DNA of 64,000 nucleotides from Actinomycetota bacterium (GTDB lineage Bacteria > Actinomycetota > Acidimicrobiia > Acidimicrobiales > Ilumatobacteraceae). The position numbers and the translations under genes were made by a program. Below are positions 45,938-57,137 of the stretch, in pieces. The first letter of the stretch is position 1. The number at the start of each line of letters is the position of its first letter. The notes under the pieces were generated by a model. The model ran no database searches and was not told the origin of the DNA. It saw nothing but the letters and a program-made list of their open reading frames with translations. Location: assembly GCA_017856115.1 (NCBI GenBank), contig JAFMFM010000001.1:44961-108960 (forward strand), in the 5' to 3' direction.

Positions 45938-47293
45938 GTGCCGTTTACGGGTGTTCGATCCTCGTTCCTCGTGGTGGTGGCAGCCCTCGGCGTGCTGGCG
46001 GGTGCCCAGTCGGCCAGTGCGCAAGTGTCCGACGATCTGGGGGTAATCGGGCAACTGCAGTACCAGGACGCCAATGGCGTAAAGGTCTTCGTGGAGGGTG
46101 TGGACCTGTCGATCGACGATGTAGGTGGTGCGACGACGGACAAGGACGGGTCGTTCCGCATCGAGGTGGAGGGTCCGGGTGAGTACACGATCAACATCGA
46201 CGTAGCCACGCTGCCTACGGGGATCTCTTTGCGCGATCCCGAGCGTTCATCGCTGCAGGTAACCGTAAGTGAAAACGGGGACCAGCGGATCATCTTCCCC
46301 CTCGTGTCGAGCGAGAGCGGGGCGGTGGCCAATGCCGCGTCGAGCGCGAGTGAGGGCAACTGGTCGGTTCGGCGAGTGAGTCAGTTGACGCTCGAGGGCA
46401 TCAAGCTCGGACTGTACCTCGCGATGGCCGCCATCGGCTTGTCGCTCATCTTCGGCACCACTGGGTTGGTGAACTTCGCGCATGCCGAGCTCATCACGTG
46501 GGGAACGCTGATGGCGTATTTCTTCAACATCTACGGCTTGGTGGGGTTCCTCGGTTTCATGAGCGGCTGGCCGGCACCCTTCGGCGAAGGAGTGAATTTC
46601 ATCGTCGCAACGGTTCTGAGCATGGTGATGGGCGGCGTTCTCGGTTACGTTCTCAATCGCGTGGTGTTCCGCACCGCACGCAACAGCGGGGTGTCATTGT
46701 TGGCACAAATGGTGATGACCATTGGACTCTCCATCTTCCTGCGGTACGTGTACCTGTATTTCTTCGGCGGTCGGTATCGCTCATACGGGCAGTACGCCTC
46801 CCAGCGGGCGAATTCTTTCCTGGGAATGGAGCTGACGACGAGGGATGCAACCGCAATGCTGGTATCCGTGGTGGTGCTGGTTGCAGTGGGAGTCGGTCTG
46901 ACGCGCACCCGAATGGGTCGCGCGATGCGCGCCGTCAGCGACAACAAGGATCTTGCGGAATCCTCCGGTATCGACGTGGAGAAGGTCATCTCACAGGTAT
47001 GGATCTTCGGAGGGGCGCTGGCTGCACTGGCCGGCACGTTCTTCGGCTTCGACCAGGTCAAGTGGGACCTGGGGACACGGATATTGCTGCTCATCTTCGC
47101 AGCCGTCACCCTCGGCGGCCTCGGTACGGCCTTCGGTGCTCTCGTTGGAGCACTCATCGTCGGCATTGCGATCAACTGGTCGACCCTGGTCATCGATAGC
47201 GAACTGAAAAACATGACCGCGCTGGTGGTGTTGATCTTCGCACTGTTGTTGCGACCGCAGGGCATTCTCGGCAAGAAGCAACGGATCGGCTGA
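45938..47293 (+). CDS. livH: Branched-chain amino-acid ABC permease (LivH-like) with a ~150-aa N-terminal signal peptide + beta-sandwich extension
   Basis: Residues ~150-451 look like a LivH core (LGLYLAMAAIGLSLIFGTTGLVNFAHAE...). Residues 1-28 form a signal peptide (AGAQSASA). Residues ~35-125 resemble a carboxypeptidase-regulatory / SdrD-B-like fold (DKDGSFRIEVEGPGEYTINI). Confidence 0.86.
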   Translation: MPFTGVRSSFLVVVAALGVLAGAQSASAQVSDDLGVIGQLQYQDANGVKVFVEGVDLSIDDVGGATTDKDGSFRIEVEGPGEYTINIDVATLPTGISLRDPERSSLQVTVSENGDQRIIFPLVSSESGAVANAASSASEGNWSVRRVSQLTLEGIKLGLYLAMAAIGLSLIFGTTGLVNFAHAELITWGTLMAYFFNIYGLVGFLGFMSGWPAPFGEGVNFIVATVLSMVMGGVLGYVLNRVVFRTARNSGVSLLAQMVMTIGLSIFLRYVYLYFFGGRYRSYGQYASQRANSFLGMELTTRDATAMLVSVVVLVAVGVGLTRTRMGRAMRAVSDNKDLAESSGIDVEKVISQVWIFGGALAALAGTFFGFDQVKWDLGTRILLLIFAAVTLGGLGTAFGALVGALIVGIAINWSTLVIDSELKNMTALVVLIFALLLRPQGILGKKQRIG

Positions 47294-47295
47294 CG

Positions 47296-48300
47296 ATGGA
47301 TTGGGGATTCATCATCGAGCGCACCTTCTCGGCCATGATCGGGCCGGAGGTCATGATCTACGCGCTTGCTGCCGTTGGTCTCAACGTGCATTTCGGATAC
47401 ACGGGCCTCATGAACTTCGGGCAAGTGGGTTTCATGGCCGCAGGCGCATACGGGGTCGGCGTCACCGTGTTCTGGCTCAACTGGAGTTTCTGGATCGGAC
47501 TGGTGTTCGTTTTCGTGTACGCCGCGGTCCTTGCACTGCTGCTGGGTATTCCCACCCTGCGACTCCGGGCCGACTATCTCGGATTGGTGACGATTGCGGC
47601 ATCGGAAACCATTCGACTCCTGGCGCGTTCACGAGTGATGAAGCCGGTGACGGGTGGTGTGGAAGGAATCGACAAATTCGCCGAGCCGTTCTACAACTTG
47701 AGTCCGTTCGAACTCGGAAAGTTCTACTCGTTCGGTCCCTTCAAGTACCTCGGACGTGACGTCTGGGTGTTGATGGTCGGTTGGACGTTGCTCATTCTCG
47801 TCACCCTGATGGTGCAGCAGTTGATGCGATCACCCTGGGGTCGGACGTTGCGAGCCATTCGAGAAGACGAAGACGCAGCACGTGCACTCGGCAAGAACGC
47901 GTACTTCTTCAAGATGCAGTCGCTGATGCTCGGCGGCATGATCGGGGCCCTTGCGGGTCTCATTCAGGTGATCCAAAAGTCGTCGGTGCAGGCCGACACG
48001 TTCAATCCGGTAATCACCTTCACCATCTGGACGATTCTCATCATCGGTGGGCCGGGTCGGGTGTGGTCACCAATCATCGGCTCGTCGATCTATTGGTCGC
48101 TCATCGTGTTCGTTGAGAATACGCTCCGCCAGCTCCCTGCAGGCGCCCGCGATACGTTGCGCGACACCGTGGAGTTGTCGGATTTCAACATCGGTATGTT
48201 GCGTTTCATGCTTGTGGGTGGCGGTCTGCTCCTGCTGGCCCGATTCCGTCCGCAAGGCATCTTCGGATCACGAGAGGAGATGGCCCTTGACCGCCGTTGA
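47296..48300 (+). CDS. livM: Branched-chain amino-acid ABC permease (LivM-like)
   Basis: 334-aa polytopic membrane protein starting 2 nt after the livH stop, with a typical LivM pattern (YTGLMNFGQVGFMAAGAY). Confidence 0.9.
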   Translation: MDWGFIIERTFSAMIGPEVMIYALAAVGLNVHFGYTGLMNFGQVGFMAAGAYGVGVTVFWLNWSFWIGLVFVFVYAAVLALLLGIPTLRLRADYLGLVTIAASETIRLLARSRVMKPVTGGVEGIDKFAEPFYNLSPFELGKFYSFGPFKYLGRDVWVLMVGWTLLILVTLMVQQLMRSPWGRTLRAIREDEDAARALGKNAYFFKMQSLMLGGMIGALAGLIQVIQKSSVQADTFNPVITFTIWTILIIGGPGRVWSPIIGSSIYWSLIVFVENTLRQLPAGARDTLRDTVELSDFNIGMLRFMLVGGGLLLLARFRPQGIFGSREEMALDRR

Positions 48301-49111
48301 GTCCGCGTCCGGCGCCTTGGACACGCCGATCATCACGGCGACCGGAGTCGTGAAAACGTTCGGTGGCTTGCGGGCGGTCGACGTCGACAAGGTGGAGATT
48401 CGCCGCAACAAGATCACGGCACTCATCGGTCCGAACGGTGCGGGGAAGACGACGTTCTTCAATCTGCTCACTGGCTTCGATCAGGTCGATTCGGGAACCA
48501 TCACGTTGGATGGGAACGACATCACTGGGACGCCACCGCACAGGCTGGCCGAGAAGGGCATGGTTCGGACCTTCCAATTGACCAAGGCCCTGGCGAAACT
48601 CTCGACCATCGAGAACATGAAACTCGGTGCGCTCGATCAACTGGGGGAGAAGTTCTGGGCGGCGTTGATTCCAGGTGCCTGGGCCAAACAAGAACGCGAA
48701 ATCGAGGCACGGGCCGACGCGATTCTCAAGCGGTTCAATCTCACCCACATGCGCGACGAATTCGCCGGAACGATGTCCGGTGGGCAGCGCAAGCTGCTCG
48801 AGATGGCAAGGGCCCTCATGACCGATCCTCGCGTCGTCATGCTCGACGAGCCCATGGCCGGAGTGAATCCTGCCCTCGCACAGAGTCTGTTGGAACTCAT
48901 CAAGATGCTTCCCGCGGAGGGTCGCACCGTCATCTTCGTCGAACACAACATGGACGTCGTACAGGAGATCTCCGATTGGGTCATCGTGATGGCCGAGGGT
49001 CGAATCATCGCCGAGGGCACTCCAGCCGAAATAAAGAGCAACAAAGCCGTGGTGGATGCCTATCTCGGCGCCCACCACGGCGAAGACCTGTCGAAGGTGC
49101 AGCTCTCATGA
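48287..49111 (+). CDS. livG: Branched-chain amino-acid ABC ATP-binding protein (LivG-like)
   Basis: TTG 48287 is preceded by GAGAGGAGA and overlaps the livM stop. Motifs GPNGAGKTT, MSGGQRKLLEMARAL and VMLDEPMAG. The ORF-track start 48047 lies inside livM. Confidence 0.9.
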   Translation: MTAVESASGALDTPIITATGVVKTFGGLRAVDVDKVEIRRNKITALIGPNGAGKTTFFNLLTGFDQVDSGTITLDGNDITGTPPHRLAEKGMVRTFQLTKALAKLSTIENMKLGALDQLGEKFWAALIPGAWAKQEREIEARADAILKRFNLTHMRDEFAGTMSGGQRKLLEMARALMTDPRVVMLDEPMAGVNPALAQSLLELIKMLPAEGRTVIFVEHNMDVVQEISDWVIVMAEGRIIAEGTPAEIKSNKAVVDAYLGAHHGEDLSKVQLS

Positions 49112-49860
49112 CCAACATCGGTGCAACAGGTACGGAAGTCCGCGATGTCTTGCTCGAGGCCAAGGACGTAACGGCGGGGTATACGCCCGGAGTCAACATC
49201 CTCACCAATTGTTCCCTCACGCTCAACAGGGGCGAGATCGTCGGCATCATCGGTCCGAATGGTGCGGGGAAGAGCACGCTGTTGAAGGCTCTCTTCGGGC
49301 TTCTCTCGGTGCAGTCGGGGAGCATCACGCATCGCGGCGAATCGATCGTCGGTATGCACGCACACGAACTCGTCGAACGCGGCATCGGCTACGTGCCACA
49401 GCGCGACAACGTGTTTCCCTCACTGACGGTGTTGGAGAATCTGGAGATGGGCATCTATCTGAAGCCGAAGGAGTTCCACGAACGAGCCGATTTCGTACAA
49501 ACGATGTTTCCGCGTCTGGCCGAGCGGAAGAACCAACGTGCAGGTTCACTCTCGGGTGGAGAGCGACAGATGTTGGCGATGGGTCGGGCATTGATGATGA
49601 ACCCGGAAGTGGTGCTGCTTGACGAACCCTCTGCCGGACTTTCACCGGTCTTGCAGGATCAGGTGTTCGTGCGCACCCGTGAGATCAACAAGGCGGGAGT
49701 TTCCGTGGTGATGGTCGAGCAGAATGCGCGGCGCTGTTTGCAGATTTGTGATCGAGGTTACGTACTCGACCAGGGTACGAACGCCTACACCGACACCGGT
49801 GAGAAGCTGCTCCACGACCCCAAGGTCATCGAGCTGTACCTCGGCACCCTCGCGTCATAA
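49108..49860 (+). CDS. livF: Branched-chain amino-acid ABC ATP-binding protein (LivF-like)
   Basis: ATG 49108 overlaps the livG stop (ATGA at 49108-49111). Motifs GPNGAGKST, LSGGERQMLAMGRAL and VLLDEPSAGLSP. Confidence 0.9.
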   Translation: MTNIGATGTEVRDVLLEAKDVTAGYTPGVNILTNCSLTLNRGEIVGIIGPNGAGKSTLLKALFGLLSVQSGSITHRGESIVGMHAHELVERGIGYVPQRDNVFPSLTVLENLEMGIYLKPKEFHERADFVQTMFPRLAERKNQRAGSLSGGERQMLAMGRALMMNPEVVLLDEPSAGLSPVLQDQVFVRTREINKAGVSVVMVEQNARRCLQICDRGYVLDQGTNAYTDTGEKLLHDPKVIELYLGTLAS

Positions 49861-49931
49861 CCGTTCGACGAGCGATCGCCGATCGGGGTGATCCAGCGCC
49901 ACGTTTCCGAACCTTACGGGACAAAAGAAAA

Positions 49932-49955
49932 CCCCGCCCGGTTTCCCGGGCGGGG
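49932..49955. terminator. Bidirectional intrinsic terminator between the convergent livF and binding-protein genes
   Basis: Perfect 10-bp GC stem CCCCGCCCGG / CCGGGCGGGG with loop TTTC. It is flanked by AAAAGAAAA on the plus strand, which is a U-tract for the minus-strand transcript, and by a weaker T-rich stretch downstream. Confidence 0.75.
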
Positions 49956-49976
49956 CCTTCCTGTTCTGAGATGGGC

Positions 49977-51254
49977 TCAGCTCGCGAAGACGTACTGGTC
50001 TAGCGAGATGTCTGCACCGGCCGCACCGTAAGTGATGATGCGGAACGAAGCAGCGGCGGGTTCACCGGCATCGACGAACTCGTACGGTCCACCAAGACCG
50101 TCATAGTCGATGTCGGTTCCGGCCTGGACGAGCGCGAGGCACGACGCGTAGTCTGTGCACTTCTCGCCATCCTTGGTGACGTCGTTGATCTGGGCTCCGA
50201 TCGAGGCACCATCGGCACAACCGGCGATTTCAGCAGCAAGTGCCGAGATCACGATTGCATCGTAGGTTTCTGCGCCGTAGTCGTAGACACCGTCGACACC
50301 TGCGGCATCGAGACGTGCCGTGAACTCCGAGATCGACGCGAGGTCGACGGAGGGCACGGTGCCCTTGATGCCTTCGAGGATCGATGCGTCATCGACGAGC
50401 TTGTCGAGACCCGAGATGTTGCCGTCAACGCCGTACACCATCTTTGCGGTCGGTCCGACGCCACGCTCGTGCATGGTCGAAAGGATCGTGCCCGACTCCT
50501 CGAAGCCGATAATGACAACGGCATCTGGGTTGGCTGCAACGACCTTGTCGACTTCGGCGTCGAACGTGTCGGTTTCCGGTGCGTAGGCGAGGAACTCGGC
50601 TACGGTGCCACCGGACGACTCAAAGTTGGCCTTGAACGCGTCGGCAAGTCCCTGACCGTAGGACTCCTGACGGAACAGCACCGCGGCGGTGGTGTTGCCT
50701 TCCTCGATGACGAGGTTGGCGAGCACTCGGCCCTGGAGCAGGTCCGACGGAGCAGTACGGAAGTACAGACCCTTGTCGTCGTAGTTCGTGAAGTCAGGCG
50801 AGGTGTTGGCTGGCGAGAATTGCACCACACCAGCGGACGTGATCTTGTCGATCACGGTCTTCGACACGGCCGACGAGGCCGCACCGACGATCACCTGCGC
50901 ACCGGCTGCGAGCAGACGGTCGACTTCGGTGTTTGCGAGGTCCGTCGACGTATCGCCCGAGTCACCTTGATTGATGACCACGGAATTGCCGAGGACGCCA
51001 CCGGCTGCATTGATGTCTTCCACCGCGAAGTCGGAGGCCGCGATTTCCGGCGGTCCGAGGAACGCGAGTGAACCAGTCACCGGAAGGATCGTTCCGATGT
51101 TGAGGGTGGTGACTGCGCAGTCCGAAGCGTCTTGCGATGCCTCGGTCTCCTCAGTAACCTCCTCGGCCGCTTCGTCGTCGCCGCCGCAAGCCGCGAGCAC
51201 GAGTGCTCCGGCTGCAACCAGCGCGCCGAAACGACGCATGTTGGTTTTCTTCAT
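49977..51254 (-). CDS. Branched-chain amino-acid ABC substrate-binding lipoprotein (LivJ/LivK family)
   Basis: Signal peptide with lipobox (ALVLAAC GGDDE). 425 aa with type-I periplasmic binding protein composition. RBS GGGGGAGAA upstream of ATG 51254. Confidence 0.88.
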   Translation of the reverse strand: MKKTNMRRFGALVAAGALVLAACGGDDEAAEEVTEETEASQDASDCAVTTLNIGTILPVTGSLAFLGPPEIAASDFAVEDINAAGGVLGNSVVINQGDSGDTSTDLANTEVDRLLAAGAQVIVGAASSAVSKTVIDKITSAGVVQFSPANTSPDFTNYDDKGLYFRTAPSDLLQGRVLANLVIEEGNTTAAVLFRQESYGQGLADAFKANFESSGGTVAEFLAYAPETDTFDAEVDKVVAANPDAVVIIGFEESGTILSTMHERGVGPTAKMVYGVDGNISGLDKLVDDASILEGIKGTVPSVDLASISEFTARLDAAGVDGVYDYGAETYDAIVISALAAEIAGCADGASIGAQINDVTKDGEKCTDYASCLALVQAGTDIDYDGLGGPYEFVDAGEPAAASFRIITYGAAGADISLDQYVFAS

Positions 51255-51273
51255 TGTTCTCCCCCTAGGAGGT

Positions 51274-51294
51274 GGGACGGCATCTGACCGTCCC
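51274..51294 (-). terminator. Short stem-loop downstream of tsaC (weak terminator candidate)
   Basis: GGGACGG (51274-51280) / CCGTCCC (51288-51294) form a 7-bp stem with a 7-nt loop between the tsaC stop and the binding-protein gene start. There is no clear U-tract. Confidence 0.25.
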
Positions 51295-51311
51295 GATTGG
51301 GTGAGGAAAGG

Positions 51312-52244
51312 CTACAAGCCAGCCGCGGCTTTGGTGAGCCGATCTCGAAGGGCGTAACCGAGACCGCGCGCCGGTGGAAGTACGACGTGAGCCAGAGGGA
51401 TGTGACGCTCGTCCAACTCGCGCAATCGTTGGTACAGGACCCGGGCGGCTTCGACCACATCGTCATCGAAGCGCAGCACGGGTGCCCCGTCTCTGGGCAC
51501 GGTGCCGACGTCGTCGTGGAGCACGAGCGTTGCATGCGGGGCGTAATGACGGTCCATCATTCCCGGAGCCCGCGATGGTCCCGTTGTTTGAAGCGAAACC
51601 CGTGAATCGCCTGAGCCTGCAGGAGACGCCGATTCCACGATGCGGTGGACGTCCTCGGGAGTGATAGCGCCGTGTCGCAGGATCTGCAAGGGAGACGTGG
51701 TGCAATCGACGATGGTGGATTCCACGCCAATGTCGCAAGGGCCACCGTCGAGAATCAGGTCGATCTCTTCGCCGATATCGGCGTCGACGTGTTGTGCACT
51801 GGTGGGGGAGACGTGTCCGAATCGGTTGGCCGACGGCGCAACCACCGGTGTTCCCAGCGCGGTGATGACGCGTTGGGCCACCTCGTGCGCCGGCATCCGG
51901 ACCGCGACGGTGTCGCGACCTCCCGTGCATACCCGACTCACTCCGGGTGCGGCCCGAACGATCACGGTGAGTGGCCCGGGCCAGCACACCGACACGAGGA
52001 GGCGACACGTTTCGCTGAGATCTTGCGAGAGCTCCTCGAGTTGGTCGAAACGAGCGATGTGCGCAATCAGGGGATGAGAGGCAGGGCGCCCCTTCACGGT
52101 GAAGATACGACGCACGGCATCGTCGTTGCGCATCTCGGCGGCCAGGCCGTAGACGGTTTCCGTAGGCAGACCCACGATGTCGCCGTGGCGCAGCGCGTGA
52201 ACGGTCTCGAGTTCACCTGCGGTTCCCGAGACGATTCGCGCCAT
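51312..52244 (-). CDS. tsaC: L-threonylcarbamoyladenylate synthase (Sua5/TsaC, YrdC domain + Sua5 C-terminal domain)
   Basis: LPTETVYGLAA and VKGRPASHPLIAHI motifs of the YrdC fold. The 310-aa length implies the extra Sua5 domain. Confidence 0.9.
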   Translation of the reverse strand: MARIVSGTAGELETVHALRHGDIVGLPTETVYGLAAEMRNDDAVRRIFTVKGRPASHPLIAHIARFDQLEELSQDLSETCRLLVSVCWPGPLTVIVRAAPGVSRVCTGGRDTVAVRMPAHEVAQRVITALGTPVVAPSANRFGHVSPTSAQHVDADIGEEIDLILDGGPCDIGVESTIVDCTTSPLQILRHGAITPEDVHRIVESASPAGSGDSRVSLQTTGPSRAPGMMDRHYAPHATLVLHDDVGTVPRDGAPVLRFDDDVVEAARVLYQRLRELDERHIPLAHVVLPPARGLGYALRDRLTKAAAGL

Positions 52245-52297
52245 AGTTAGTCGATCATCGCCAATCGAGTCGTTTCATACCGTTTGGATCGTAGGCA

Positions 52298-53017
52298 TCA
52301 TGCTGTCTGGAACGTACGCACCACGAGATCGATGAAGTCGAACGACTCCGGTGTGCGGAAATGGTCGAGGTTCTTCAGCGACACGCTCGTGGCGTTGGGC
52401 AGCGTTTCGGCCAATCGCGTGGCGGGAGCAGAAAAATCCTTCTCGCCCAATGCGATGACGACCGGATTCGAAATCGCAGCAAGGGCCACGGGCGATAATG
52501 GTTCCTCGCGGGGCCGGCGGAGAACGGCAGCGAGCGCCTTCGGATCGTTGTGGGGTTCGTTGCCGATCTTTCCGAATACGCGGGCCACCACGTCACCGGC
52601 TTCAGATCGCCCTTCCAGTCCGGAGAGAATGCGCTCGGCACGTGCCGGATCGTGCGGATGGAACACACCGTCCCCGATCCCCGCTAGTACCACCGTGCCG
52701 AACGTACTCGGTGACGTGGCGAGCGCATGCAGCAACACAATCGCGCCCAGGGAGAATCCCACCGCGTCGAGAGAGCCGTCTACGGAGGAGGCCGCGTGAC
52801 CAGCGACGTCACGCAGAAACCGCTGCGGAAGATTGCGATAGTCGTCGGGGTCGTGGGATTTCGTCGCTGTACCGTGCCCCGGGAGGTCGTAGGGAATCAC
52901 ATGACGGCCATTTTCGGCCAGGAGTTCCACCACTCCCGAGCGGCCCCACGTATGTTCGAACGATCCCGCCCAACCATGGACCATTAGTAACGGCCGAACA
53001 CCACCCACGGCGGCCAA
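52298..53017 (-). CDS. Alpha/beta hydrolase fold protein
   Basis: PLLMVHGWAGS oxyanion-strand motif and nucleophile elbow GFSLGA. The start is uncertain: TTG 53017 with AAGG upstream, GTG 53008 or ATG 52984. The long ORF-track extension to 53419 overlaps guaB1 and is rejected. Confidence 0.7.
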   Translation of the reverse strand: MAAVGGVRPLLMVHGWAGSFEHTWGRSGVVELLAENGRHVIPYDLPGHGTATKSHDPDDYRNLPQRFLRDVAGHAASSVDGSLDAVGFSLGAIVLLHALATSPSTFGTVVLAGIGDGVFHPHDPARAERILSGLEGRSEAGDVVARVFGKIGNEPHNDPKALAAVLRRPREEPLSPVALAAISNPVVIALGEKDFSAPATRLAETLPNATSVSLKNLDHFRTPESFDFIDLVVRTFQTA

Positions 53018-53023
53018 GAGTAG

Positions 53024-54499
<1,476 letters not shown>

Positions 54500-54500
54500 G

Positions 54501-55154
54501 ATGACGCCTCTCGTCATTGCAATCGATGGACCTGCGGGAGCGGGTAAGTCGACCATCGCGAAGGCCTTGGCCAGGAGCATGGGAATCGGGTATCTGGACA
54601 CGGGTGCGATGTACAGGGGGGTCACCTTCGAGGTTCTACGGCGTGGGCTCGAGGCCACCGATGTCGAGGCCGTTGCACGGGTCGCACGCGAAGTGGTGCT
54701 CGAACAAGGGATGGATTCCCTCCGCGTGAATGGTGAGGACGCCACCGCAGCCATTCGAACGCCGGCGGTCGACGCCGCGGTCAGCCACGTTGCGGCGAAC
54801 TCGGCGGTACGAGAGGAACTGCGAGAGCGTCAACGCAAGTGGATTGCCGAACACGGCGGCGGTGTGGTGGAGGGCAGGGACATCGGATCGGTCGTGTTCC
54901 CGGATGCAACGCTGAAGGTGTATCTGGTGGCCTCGCCCTTGGTTCGTGCAAAACGTCGAGTAGCACAGCACGGAGGCAACGTGGAGGAGATCGCCCGGGC
55001 AATCACCGAACGCGATCAACGCGATTCATCCCGCGATGACAGCCCGCTTCGGCAGATGCCCGATGCGGTGGTGGTGGATACCGGTGATCGCACCATCGAG
55101 GATGTGGTGAAGCACATCTCCTCGCTGGTACGCGCTACGCGGGATTCGTCATGA
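54501..55154 (+). CDS. cmk: Cytidylate kinase
   Basis: P-loop IAIDGPAGAGKST and the YLDTGAMYR motif. ATG lies 1 nt after the guaB1 stop. The ORF-track start 54369 lies inside guaB1. Confidence 0.93.
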   Translation: MTPLVIAIDGPAGAGKSTIAKALARSMGIGYLDTGAMYRGVTFEVLRRGLEATDVEAVARVAREVVLEQGMDSLRVNGEDATAAIRTPAVDAAVSHVAANSAVREELRERQRKWIAEHGGGVVEGRDIGSVVFPDATLKVYLVASPLVRAKRRVAQHGGNVEEIARAITERDQRDSSRDDSPLRQMPDAVVVDTGDRTIEDVVKHISSLVRATRDSS

Positions 55155-55828
55155 CGAAATATTCGACGAAGTTCTCAGGGCAAAATACCGTGCACAAGTT
55201 GGCGTACGTCATCGTGCGAGACATCCTGGCGTTGCTGTGCAAGGTGTGGTTTCGCTACAGCATCAGTGGACGCGAACACCTTCCGGCGCAGGGACCATAC
55301 ATCATCGCTCCAGTGCATCGATCGAACATCGATACGCCGCTGTCGGCATTCCTCACTCGTCGGCGTGTGAGGTTCATGGGCAAGGACTCCCTGTGGAAGA
55401 ACGCTGTCGTCGGCAGGATGTTCACGTTGTTGGGTGGTTTTCCGGTGAGCCGTGGTACCGCGGACGTGGAGGCGCTCAAGCGTTGCGTGAAGGTGCTCGA
55501 TCAAGGAGAGCCGTTGGTCATGTTTCCGGAGGGCACCCGTCAATTCGGACCGACGGTTCACCAATTGTTCGACGGCCCCGCGTACGTGGCGCTGAAGCGC
55601 GGTGTCCCGATCGTCCCCGTAGGAATTGGCGGGTCCGAACGCGTGATGCGTAAGGGCTCCAAGGTGATCCGGCCGAGCAAGTGTCATCTCACGATCGGCG
55701 CACCGATCTCCGTCCAACACGGCGGCGACGGTCGGGTCGACCGGGAGCGAATGCGCGAGATAACCGCGGAGCTTGCCGCTCGACTGCAAGTCGTTTTCGA
55801 TGACGCACGCTTCCGTGCGGGCGAGTGA
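55151..55828 (+). CDS. plsC: 1-acyl-sn-glycerol-3-phosphate acyltransferase family protein
   Basis: HX4D motif (APVHRSNIDTP) and FPEGTR. The ATG overlaps the cmk stop (ATGA at 55151-55154). Confidence 0.85.
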   Translation: MTKYSTKFSGQNTVHKLAYVIVRDILALLCKVWFRYSISGREHLPAQGPYIIAPVHRSNIDTPLSAFLTRRRVRFMGKDSLWKNAVVGRMFTLLGGFPVSRGTADVEALKRCVKVLDQGEPLVMFPEGTRQFGPTVHQLFDGPAYVALKRGVPIVPVGIGGSERVMRKGSKVIRPSKCHLTIGAPISVQHGGDGRVDRERMREITAELAARLQVVFDDARFRAGE

Positions 55829-55837
55829 ATGTCGGCG

Positions 55838-57106
55838 CTAGCCGCCCAGGAACGCCGAAATCAGTTTCGGGAGATCGAGAGCATCCGAAACTCCGCACAC
55901 CTCGCGTGCGGAATGCATGGATAGTTGCGGCACTCCGACGTCTACGGTGTCGATACCGAGACGGGTGGCGGTGATCGGGCCGATGGTCGAACCACAGGGC
56001 ATGTTGTTGCGTGAAGCGAATACCTGATGCTCGATGCGCGCCCTCTCGCAAGCATTGAGGAACGCGACGGTCGACGCCGTTGAACTGGCATACCGTTGGT
56101 TGGAGTTCACCTTCAAGGCGAGACCCCGGTTGATGAGAGGTGCATGCCGTGCATCGTGCCGGTCCGGATAATTCGGGTGCACCGCATGTGCATTGTCGCA
56201 TGACAGGCATGCCGATGCGGGAAGCATCATCAGGTACTCCGACCGTGTCTTTCCCAGCGCGTGGGCGATGCGTTCGAGAACTTGTTCCAGAAGCGGGCCG
56301 GCGGCGCCGGTCGTGCTGGAACTGCCGACCTCTTCGTGGTCGAACAGGGCGCAGACTGCGACGCCCGAGTGGCCCCGGATGTGGAGCAGCGAGGTGATGG
56401 CGGCCCAACACGACAACTGGTTGTCCAACCTTCCGGATGCCAGCAGCGATCCGTCGGCCCCGAGCAGCGACGCGGGAGTGCTGTCGACGAGTTGCGCGTG
56501 GACGGTTGCGATCTCGCCGTTCGGAACTGCGGTTGCCCGTGCCACCCATTGTCGAAGTGTGAGGTCGTCGTTGCCGGTGGTCCACACCGGTCGAAGATGG
56601 GCATGCTTGTCGAGAACCAGACCGCTTTCGTTCACCGTTCGGTCGAGATGGATCGCCAGTTGCGGAAGGCGTGCGACCGGAGCGTTGGATCGGAAGAGTC
56701 GGCGAGCACCGTTCTTCAGAACGACGTGACCGGCCAGATCCAGGTCGCGATCGAGCCAGGAGTTCAGAAGGGGCGAGCCGTAGACCTCGACGTCGAGCGT
56801 TCCGAAATTGGATGCCGTTCCCTCGGGTCGTGGCTTGAGATGCAGTCCCGGTGAGTCGGTATGCGCTCCGACCACGTTGAACCTGTCGTTTGCGCGGCTG
56901 GAGGTTGCAAAGGCGATGATGGCACCGTCACGTGCGACGAAGCCCCTGACGACGGCTCCGGAAAAATCGGGGAATTCGCTGCGTTCGTCGAACCACGTAA
57001 AGCCTGCGTCGAGTAGGAGGCGTGCAGCGGACGCCACGACGTGGTGCGGTGTTGGTGAGTCGTCGAGGAAGCGTTGTAGCGAAGCAATGTCGAACACCGG
57101 CGTCAC
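55838..57106 (-). CDS. M18-family (aspartyl) aminopeptidase
   Basis: SPTPHHVV N-terminal motif, GAHTDSPGL and the overall M18 pattern. The start is set at GTG 57106, which gives a family-typical ~17 aa before SPTP. GTG 57172 would overlap the upstream small ORF. Confidence 0.85.
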   Translation of the reverse strand: MTPVFDIASLQRFLDDSPTPHHVVASAARLLLDAGFTWFDERSEFPDFSGAVVRGFVARDGAIIAFATSSRANDRFNVVGAHTDSPGLHLKPRPEGTASNFGTLDVEVYGSPLLNSWLDRDLDLAGHVVLKNGARRLFRSNAPVARLPQLAIHLDRTVNESGLVLDKHAHLRPVWTTGNDDLTLRQWVARATAVPNGEIATVHAQLVDSTPASLLGADGSLLASGRLDNQLSCWAAITSLLHIRGHSGVAVCALFDHEEVGSSSTTGAAGPLLEQVLERIAHALGKTRSEYLMMLPASACLSCDNAHAVHPNYPDRHDARHAPLINRGLALKVNSNQRYASSTASTVAFLNACERARIEHQVFASRNNMPCGSTIGPITATRLGIDTVDVGVPQLSMHSAREVCGVSDALDLPKLISAFLGG

Positions 57107-57137
57107 CCGGGACGGTGTGGCACGACGAGAGGTTCGT

